A stretch of DNA of 64,000 nucleotides from Octopus vulgaris (Eukaryota). The notes below the pieces were generated by a model that made no database searches, was not told the DNA's origin, and saw only the letters and a program-made list of their open reading frames with translations. Where the stretch lies: contig OX597819.1 in the NCBI GenBank assembly GCA_951406725.2, positions 109,740,001-109,804,000 of the forward strand. Reading direction: 5' to 3'. A program made the translations under genes and the position numbers. Positions 55,686-64,000 of the stretch are shown in pieces. Numbering within the stretch: position 1 is the first letter of the stretch; every line of letters starts with the position of its first letter.

Positions 55686-55852
55686 AATGATGATGATGAT
55701 GATGTAGGCTGCAAATAGTAAGATCGCTACGCATGCAAGACTCCAGGAGCTCCAACAAAACCTGTGATAAAGAGAAAATAATTATAATCATAATAATAAT
55801 GATGATGATGATAACAAAAGTAATAATAATAATAATAATTAAGATTAGCATT

Positions 55853-55896
<44 letters not shown>

Positions 55897-57114
55897 AATA
55901 ATTGTCGGATAGTAAATGACAAAAGATTTCGATTAATCAAATTTAGTATAAAAATCAATACTGATAAATCATTGGAAAGAAGAAAGCTTTGCAAAATAGG
56001 AGGTATTGTTTAAATTCCATGCAGTACAGTTTTGGCTTTGCTTACAATACCATTTCAAGACAGCATTATACAAAATATACAGAATGCTACAAATAGAGGT
56101 TGCACTGGAAAATATATTCTCTTATCTGCAGCCTTCTTCAGTAGCAAGGTTTACTTCATTGATTTCACAACTGGAAATGTTTCTCACCTGCTGTAAGTTG
56201 CGGTAAACGATCATGTCTGGTCTGTCGGAATTGACAGTTAAGTGCAAGCAGCAGGCTTGAGAGGATAATGTTGAATTAATTGAAACTATAACTCTAAAAA
56301 ATTAAAAAAAAAACACTCATCGCTAGTGCAAAATTCTTCTCTCGACATTTTACTCAACCAAGAAGTAAATGAAAAAGTCATTAGTGTTAACTAAGGTTGA
56401 TTGTTAATTTGTTAGTGCTATTTTGCTCCCTTTCCGTCCAATCCCGAACGAGCAGTTTTTTGATCGAAGGCGTTTAAGTCATGGCTATCGCTTGCTATTT
56501 TCAACCAATATAAACAGAACTGCATCAATCAACATGTACTTTCTTATTTACGACTGTAGGATGTAATTTAAAGAGACTTAAGCAACCACTTAAAACTTCC
56601 ATGTATCAGATGCTGTTATAAGCTCTTCACTGCTCTTCATTTGTTTAGCTGAAAATTGTCGTATACCACCAAAGTAAGATTTAAAGCCCACAAACCCCAG
56701 TTCACTCTTTATCCAAATAGTTCGGCAGAGGTGACAATCATCTGATAGTAATTTCAATTTGTTTTGTTTTTGTTGATGCTGTTTCAGACTCAGGTCAGTC
56801 ATGAGTGGACAGACACGATAAGAAGGTGTAACCAGTCTTATGACTTTTTAGCATATTTTTAGCTTTTAAGAGCATATTTTTAATGTCCTTCTTTTTTATT
56901 AGCACAAGAAGATATAATTTGAAAAAGAAATTGACTACTATTTCTAGAATGACGAGCAATCGCGTTGCGGCTCTCTCGTTGATTCGTGCTTGTCTTCTTA
57001 TCCCTTGTTTTATATGGAATCTTTTGTGTGTGTTTGCCAAATTCAGGATTAAAGTTGTTGACTATGATCTTTGTCGTTTTCTACCATTTGACCTGAAAGT
57101 AAACTGACAATATT

Positions 57115-57335
57115 AAGACATTCCAGAGAAAGCCACCCTGCTGACCGCCTTGGAGTCATACACCATTTAACTCACAGACCTACTGTCTCTTCCCTATGTT
57201 TTTGTACTACAGTACCTTCTATCTTCATCCAGATATACTCATCTGTTCCTCCAGTATTTCTCACATTGTGTCTATCCCGCCTATGGCTCTCCACTAACCA
57301 TTATATCCAATTTATTTACCCTAGAACATCTGCTT
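57115..57335 (+). pseudogene. CR1/Jockey-group LINE 3' fragment
   Basis: HRPTVSSLC..NHYIQFIYPRTS resembles the 'RR..SL..FY..F.PRT..WN.LP' C-terminus. Confidence 0.45.
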
Positions 57336-58308
57336 CATAAAGTTATTCTTTACTTATGTTTTTTTTTCTAGCAGACGTAGACTTGTAGTTGTTCAATAAG
57401 AAAATTAATCCCGTCGATCTCACTGATATCAGAGTTCCTAAGAGTTCCTGGAAAGAGCACTTCCTTGAAAGAGTTGGGTGAAGGATCACAGAAAAGGCAT
57501 TAGACAAAGCTCTCGCGAAGACTTCATGGAAAGAAAAAAACATACGGGATAGTTACGGTTGAAATGCCTTTGATCGAAGTTTCCTCAATCAGGACTTACT
57601 TGGGGCTAAACAGCAGCAGCAACAACAACAACAAACACACGTAGAGTGAATAATTAAAAAGAACAGGTGATATTCTCTGAAACAATGGGGAAAATATTGT
57701 AGCAATAAAAAGAAATAGACAAATTTAAAGAATGAAAGAAAAGAAAACTATAAAGCAAAATGGCTGCCAGCGTATAAGAAAACAACACCATACCTCTCAT
57801 CCTATCTTTTAAAGTAAAAGCTCTCCTCTTTCCAAACAAAACTATAGTGAGCAACAATCAATATTTCTGAAGCAGAATCCAGTCTTACGTAATTTCTTTC
57901 AATTCGTAACTTAATCAGGAATACTAGATCTGCAAATTAACCTTGGGTTTCCTCTGCAGAATGAAATCTCAATAAATCACAATTTATCACAATTAACGAA
58001 CACATCCGTTATGCTGCTATTATTTTAGAAATTCCCTCCTGATAGATTGGCGAACAAGAACCAATTGAACCTAACAACAATAATGACAGCAAGCAGACAC
58101 AACAACAACAACAACAACAATAACAACATTATGATTTATCGATTTCACGGAAACGTATCATTGTTATTCATTGTTATTTATTGTTTTTTGACAGCTTTGC
58201 CACTTTTTTCACCTCTACTCCATCCATCCATTCGCTTTGATTTAATCAAGTGTTGAGAACCTGCCAACTGTTGAGCAGCAATCTTTGATAAAATTTCTGA
58301 AATAGAAA

Positions 58309-58484
58309 CCACCACCACCACCACCACCACCTTCTTCTTCTTCTTCTTCTTCTTCTTCTTCTTCTTCTTCTTCTTCTTCTTCTTCTTCTTCTTCTTCTTC
58401 TTCTTCTTCTTCTTCTTCTTCTTCTTCTTCTTCTTCTTCTTCTTCTTCTTCTTCTTCTTCTTCTTCTTCTTCTTCTTCTTCTTC
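58309..58484. repeat. (ACC)n-(TTC)n array
   Basis: Directly visible. Confidence 0.97.
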
Positions 58485-58769
58485 ATTTAATCATTGCAAC
58501 TCTTTAATGTTAATATTATGATTGCATTGATGTAGTTGTTGTTTAGATTCAACTGAAGACTAATCGAGCAGACGTAAGGTAAAATGCGTTCCAGCCATGA
58601 TTACTCCGTTTTTTTTTCTCTTTGAACATCAGTAAGAACATTGTCCAGTGTATACTTCTTTATTTAAGAGGTTAAGATGTGATTTCAGGGGAATCTGGTT
58701 ACTATCTTTTGCAGGCCGAGCGACTGCATAAAAGCCCCCTTTCAGCATGCATTGTTGTTATCATTAGAG

Positions 58770-58985
58770 AGGGTGGTGAGCTGGTAGAATGGTTAAAACT
58801 TCTACCAAAATGCATTGAGGTTTTCCTTCCGGTTCTGTAGGTTCTAAGTTCGTATCTTACTGGGCTCAGTTTATCCTTTCATCTCTTCGAGGTCGATCAA
58901 AATAAAGTACCAGTGAAGTACTGAAGTCAATGTATTCGACTAAATCCGTCCTTCAAATTTTCGGCAATGCGCCTATATTAGAAAC
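58770..58985 (+). mobile_element. Degenerate SINE B-like copy
   Basis: ggtgagctggtagaat..cctttcatc..aataaagtaccag. Confidence 0.6.
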
Positions 58986-59588
58986 AAATATCATTATCAT
59001 TAGCCAGGTGGTGGTTTGCAGAATCATTTGAGCGTCGGAAAAATGTCTTCGTATTCTTTCTGGCACTTTGCTTTCCAGAGTTAAAAATCCCCCCATAGTC
59101 AATTTTGCTTTCTATTGTTCCAAAATTGATGAAGCAAAGGACTAGTCAAAAGCTATGGGCCTTTGATACAGACTAACCACTCCTTCCACATCAATAATGT
59201 GTTTACACTTTTATTTAAATCACAGTGAGGCTTTGTAATGTCTAAATGCATTTTAGTTCTTCTGAAATATGAGCTGTGCATAGGATGGAGATTGTTGATT
59301 GTATGTATATAGTCACAATGAGGATATTTAAACCTCTTAAAGGGATATTTTTATCCAAGATACACTGGTTTAATATATATTTTGAAGAGATATTTCTTCA
59401 ATGAATATAGATATCTTGCAAACAACTTGCACATGCAAGTGCTACCAGTTAAAAGCTCCGTATATCGGAAGCTAGCAAGTGTATGGGGTCATCAGGAGAG
59501 AATGCGCGCCGTAAAATATCAAACATTATTATCGGGTTAGAAAACAGAGAGATCTAATGGATACAAATTAATTAATTAATTAACATAT

Positions 59589-59695
59589 TCACCTACAATT
59601 GTTTCATATCACAAATAAAAATAAAAATTACAAAACATATATAGATATATAATTTTGCATTTTAAATACCTTGTAAGGAAAATCATCAGGGTGTA
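59589..59695 (-). ncRNA. Hammerhead-like motif with ~85-nt AT-rich helix II hairpin
   Basis: cacc-CTGATGA-[long hairpin]-GAAA-caattg-TA-ggtg. Confidence 0.55.
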
Positions 59696-59925
59696 CAAAG
59701 GACAATAAGCATTGCATTAGGATACGTTTGGAATACTCAGAATATATAGACATGTTTATAATACACACACACATATATATGTATGTGTGTATATATGTAT
59801 GTATGTATATATATATATGTATATATATAGGGAAGCTTTATGAAAATAGACAAAAGACGAAGGCAGGTGGAAAACAAACAAACAATAGTATTAGTATGGC
59901 GCTCAGGAAATATAAATAAAACAAG

Positions 59926-59963
59926 TCTTTAACGTTTCGAGCCTACGATCTTCAACAGAAAGA
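59926..59963 (-). ncRNA. Minimal type I hammerhead of the PLE (core CUGUUGA)
   Basis: tcttt-CTGTTGA-a-gatc-gtag-gctc-GAAA-cg-TT-aaaga. Confidence 0.65.
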
Positions 59964-60596
59964 TACACAGAGAGAAAAAAAACACAGAAAGAAGGAGAGA
60001 AAAAAAATGCGTGCAGTAACTAACGAATCAACATGGCGATCTGATTTCGGCCAGAGGTCAAAGATCAAACATGAGACGCGAGAGCGAAATAAGGGGAGAT
60101 AATAGGGTTGATAATAGGGTTGAATGACCAGCTATTAGTGCGTATGAGAGGTCTGGACGTGTGTATATAGGGTTGGTGTATGTATTAGTATGTATTAGTA
60201 TGTATAAGGGTGTGTGTGTGTGTGTGTGTATGAGAGAGTATTAGTGCGTATGAGAGGTCTGGACGTGCGTATGTATAGGGTTGGTGTATGTATTAGTATG
60301 TATTAGTATGTATTAGTACGTATTAGTATGTATTAGTTGGTGTATGTATTAGTATGGCACATCATATATGATGTGATGTGTAAAGTCGTGTGGTGTAGTG
60401 TGGAGAGAGGAGAAGAGGGGGAGAGGGAGAGAGAGAGGAGGGGAAGAAGGAAGGGGAGGAGGAGGGGATGAGGAAGGAGGAAAGAGGGAGAGGGGGAGAG
60501 AGAAGGGGAGTGAGGGAGCAGAGGGAAGGGGAAGAGGGAAGGAGGGAGGGAGAAAGAGGGAAGAAGGGAAGGGGAGTAGGGTGAAAGGATGAAGGA

Positions 60597-61619
60597 CTAA
60601 AGAAGTAGGGGTCGGGGGGAAGGATAGGTGAGGAGGGGGAGAGGGGGGTTAGATGAGGAGGGGGGAGAATTGAGACCAAATGGCGTATAAGAGCGAAGAG
60701 AGAAGATTAATTCCTGTTCACGGCGCAAACGGGAATCCGGATGGCCTCTGTGTAAGGACAAACCGAACATAGATAGGTGTTGCAAGGAGTGACCGGTGGA
60801 GTGGAAATGGCGTGAGACCGGTGTGTCGTTCGCAAGGTGGATGTCACGAAGGTGTTCCGCGAACCGGTCAGCCAAGCGGCGTCCCGTTTGTCCGATGTAC
60901 AAGGAATGGCAGAGAGAGCAAGAGACGCAATAGATAATATTGCTGGAGGTGCAGGTGAAGGAGTGGATGATGGGATAGGGTCGATGGTGGGTGCTAGTGA
61001 GGAGGGTGGTGTTGGAGAGGTAAGGGCAAGTGCGGCAACGTGGGCGGGAGCAGGGGAACGAGCCGGGTTGGGAGGTAGGGTCAGGGAAGGAGCTATGGAC
61101 CAAAAGGTCTCGAAGGTTGTGGGCTCGTTTAAAAGAGGGGAGGGGGCGATTAGGGAAGAGGTGTGAAGTGGACGGGTCGGACTGGAGATGACAGAAAGCT
61201 CGAAGAATGGTGCGTTGGAGACGTAGGGTCGTGGGGTGGTAAGTGAGGGGAAAAGGGAGGCGGGAGACTACAGGGCGGGTTCGGGGAGAGAGAGCAGATA
61301 CACGGTCCACGGACCGTGCTCTGGCAAGGACGGTGTGGATAGTGGTGAGGGAGTATCCACGTAGGGTGAAGTGGTGAGCCATACGTTGAGACTGAGTCTC
61401 AAAGTCATGGTCGTCACTACAGAGCCTACGTAGACGGAGGAATTGGGAATAGGGGATGGAAAGCTTGGTGTGTTCTGGGTGGGAGGAAGAGAAGTTGAGG
61501 TATGAGTGTGAGTCTGTGTGTTTGTAGTGAATAGAGGTGGTAAGAGTGGAGTGAAGAATGCTAACCGAAATGTCGAGGAAGGAGACAGAGGTGTTGGAGA
61601 TAGTGGAAGTGAAGTGGAG

Positions 61620-61622
<3 letters not shown>
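60597..61622 (-). CDS. PLE ORF C-terminal part: RT thumb, CxxxxCxxC linker, GIY-YIG endonuclease
   Basis: Frame is open upstream of the listed ATG: SFLDISV..YKHTDSHSYLNFSSSHP..SIPYSQFLRLRRLCS; CSRPRCRTC; NIIYCVSC..LYIGQTGRRLADRFAEH..REQELI..PFGLN. Confidence 0.9.
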
Positions 61623-61687
<65 letters not shown>

Positions 61688-61702
61688 TATATATATAATC
61701 GC

Positions 61703-62444
61703 ACTGACTTTCACGGGAAACATGTATTTTTGTGGTTGAAACCTTTTGGATTTTCTAGTGCTAGAATGAGCCACATAGTGACCATTCTCTTATATTTATT
61801 TTTGTATAAAATATTATAATATATAATAAAATATTATAATAATCCAGGTTTCTCGAAACACTGGGCCACTTGGTGTTGAATAGATATAGTATCTAATTCT
61901 CTCACCCTTATTAATTAATTATAATTATGCTACATTTATTTCTAAATGTGATTTGTTTCCATGAAAGTTTGGCGCGCTGTTAGTAGGGGCATTTGAATTA
62001 TAACGTCGGATGTAATCAATTGAACCACACGTGTATTTATCGTTATGGTAAAATCTGGCGTGTGATTGAGTGGATTTCATCCAGATAGTTTTGGCCGAGG
62101 AGCTACAAGTGGGTTTTTTGTAAGTAAAATTACATTTAATTCATTAATAGCGAAACAATTGTCCCAAAATAATCTGTATTTTTGTTATTTTTTATTTGCC
62201 CTGTTCGTGTGAGCTAACAATCGTACTGACTTTCACGGGAAACATGTATTTTTGTGGTTGAAACCTTTTGGATTTTCTAGTGCTAGAATAAGCCACATAG
62301 TGACCATTCTCTTATATTTATTTTTGTATAAAATATTATAATATATAATAAAATATTATAATAATCCAGGTTTCTCGAAGCACTGGGCCACTTGGTGTTG
62401 AATAGATATAGTATCTAATTCTCTCACCCTTATTAATTAATTAT
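61703..62444. repeat. ~220 bp near-identical direct repeat (61703-61923 and 62225-62444) between TA arrays
   Basis: actgactttcacgggaaac...cccttattaattaattata twice, with about 2 substitutions. Confidence 0.92.
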
Positions 62445-62459
62445 ATATATATATATATG

Positions 62460-62625
<166 letters not shown>

Positions 62626-62720
62626 GGAGTAAACACATAAATGTGAAACAAGGCGGAAAAAAGAGTACTCAAATACCAGTGGTAGAGTAATATGCTTTAT
62701 TTTAAGCAGCAGAAAATTCA

Positions 62721-62771
62721 ACAAAATCTGTTACTCTGAGTTTCTCGTTGCCGTTCATCAGACAGTTTTTG
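62721..62771 (-). ncRNA. Type I hammerhead with canonical core, in a PLE terminal repeat
   Basis: caaaaactgt-CTGATGA-acg-gcaa-cga-GAAA-ctcagag-TA-acagattttg; AATAAA follows on the minus strand. Confidence 0.75.
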
Positions 62772-63639
62772 CTAGAATGGAACTGATATATCAATTCAAT
62801 CTATACTCTTACAAACGCTACACCTTTAAAAAGAAATGGACTTGTTTGATTGGCCCTTTAGAAAAAACGGTCAATCTTCGAGCGATAAACAAAAAGGTCA
62901 AAAATATATGTATATATATATAAAAAACTTATAAAAATTATAAAATCCGAGGAAAAACCTATTGACGTTAATGAAGACAGTGCAAATTAATGCATAGAAA
63001 TTAAACCTGTTATAAATACTGCAATACATATTTATATTAAAATCTACATATATATATCAACATACACAAAAGGATGCGCGTAAACGCCATACATACATAT
63101 ACAGACGTATGAATATAAATCTAAATATACACATAAAAGCATGTGTACATATATTCACGCAAACCGTCTTGCACGCAAGCTAAAATTCATCTATGTAGCA
63201 ATTCTCATATACTGAGCAAGGAGGGGGAACGAAAGAAAGGGAGAGAGAGAAAAAGGAACGAAGGAGGGGTGGGGAAAAACGAAATAAGAAAAAAAAAATT
63301 ATGTATACAAGCAGTGTAACGGTGTTATTGGCATCTATAGAGACCAGTATACATACACAAGTTTGAATGGATACATATACATACCGTCGTGTATATGTGT
63401 GCTTAAGCACAAACATACTTTCACTTACACATACACAGATACGCATGCTTACAAATACATATGCTTTGCTATACACATACTTATATAAACATTCTAGTTT
63501 TGACAACATTGCTTTTTTAAAAAAACATTGCTTTTAAAAATGGGTGCATAATAATGAAAATATATACGAATAGACAACTGAAAATAAATACCCAGAGTTA
63601 AAAAAACATTGCTTTTAAAAATGGGTGCATTAATAAAAA

Positions 63640-63919
63640 TAATAGAAAGAGGAAGAAAACCAGCCTAGCAAAATATGTCTGGGAACTAAAAGAAAAGGAA
63701 GCCCCACCTTTCAACGTGACATGGAGCATTCTGGACAGGGCGGCACCATACAGGCATGGAGCTTACAAAAATAATTTCAAGTGCAGACTTTGTCTATTAG
63801 AAAAAATGTACATCTTATTCAAAGACAATAATTCTTTGAATCAAAGAAGTGAGCTAATGAACGTATGTAGGCACGCGGCTAAATTTAAAATGTCGAATAT
63901 AAATATACCATATGGATAG
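63640..63919 (+). CDS. C-terminal half of a PLE GIY-YIG endonuclease (Naiad-like)
   Basis: TSLAKYVWELK..VTWSILDRAAPY..CRLCLLEK..LNQRSELMNVCRH. Confidence 0.8.
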
Positions 63920-64000
63920 AGTATATATTTTGTATTTTTGATTTTTGATTTTGATTTTGACTCTTGAGCGCTACGATGGATTTTGATTTTGTTTTTGTTT

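Larger units (their letters stand above)
59830..61622 (-). mobile_element. 5'-truncated Penelope-like element (Neptune-like), inserted in (TA)n
   Basis: RT thumb + Cys linker + GIY-YIG ORF, pyrimidine-rich 3' region, terminal HHR. Confidence 0.93.

Noticed and set aside
56590-57107. Possible PLE N-terminal coding relic on the minus strand
   Set aside because: Only compositional resemblance (K/R-rich); no diagnostic motif
59470-59500. CTGATGA on the minus strand as an additional hammerhead
   Set aside because: No suitably placed GAAA/UH or helix I partner found
61840-61915. Minus-strand peptide [14 protein letters not shown] resembling an MBD motif
   Set aside because: Too short and not in an extended ORF; likely chance

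Overview
Eukaryotic, AT-rich, extremely microsatellite- and transposon-dense window. I find no supportable host protein-coding exon. The SINE families and repeat make-up resemble an octopus (coleoid cephalopod) genome; this is inference from recognition, not a search. Almost all supplied ORFs are translations of (TA)n/(CA)n/(TACA)n/(TATC)n/(ATT)n arrays. Real content: five tRNA-derived SINE families (labelled A-E here); RTE, R4/Dong, Tx1/L1 and CR1/Jockey-like LINE relics; a Ty3/Gypsy relic; Helitron helicase and non-autonomous Helitron copies; mariner relics and MITEs; a fold-back element; several Penelope-like elements (PLEs); and a near-identical ~1.9 kb tandem duplication. The most notable signal is a set of type I hammerhead-ribozyme (HHR) motifs with palindromic helix III. 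It includes a U3-A8 core variant present once per unit of the tandem duplication, copies with greatly enlarged helix II, and a repeat family conserving a 'half' hammerhead that varies only at N7. All alignments and folds were done by eye, and boundaries of degenerate elements are approximate.
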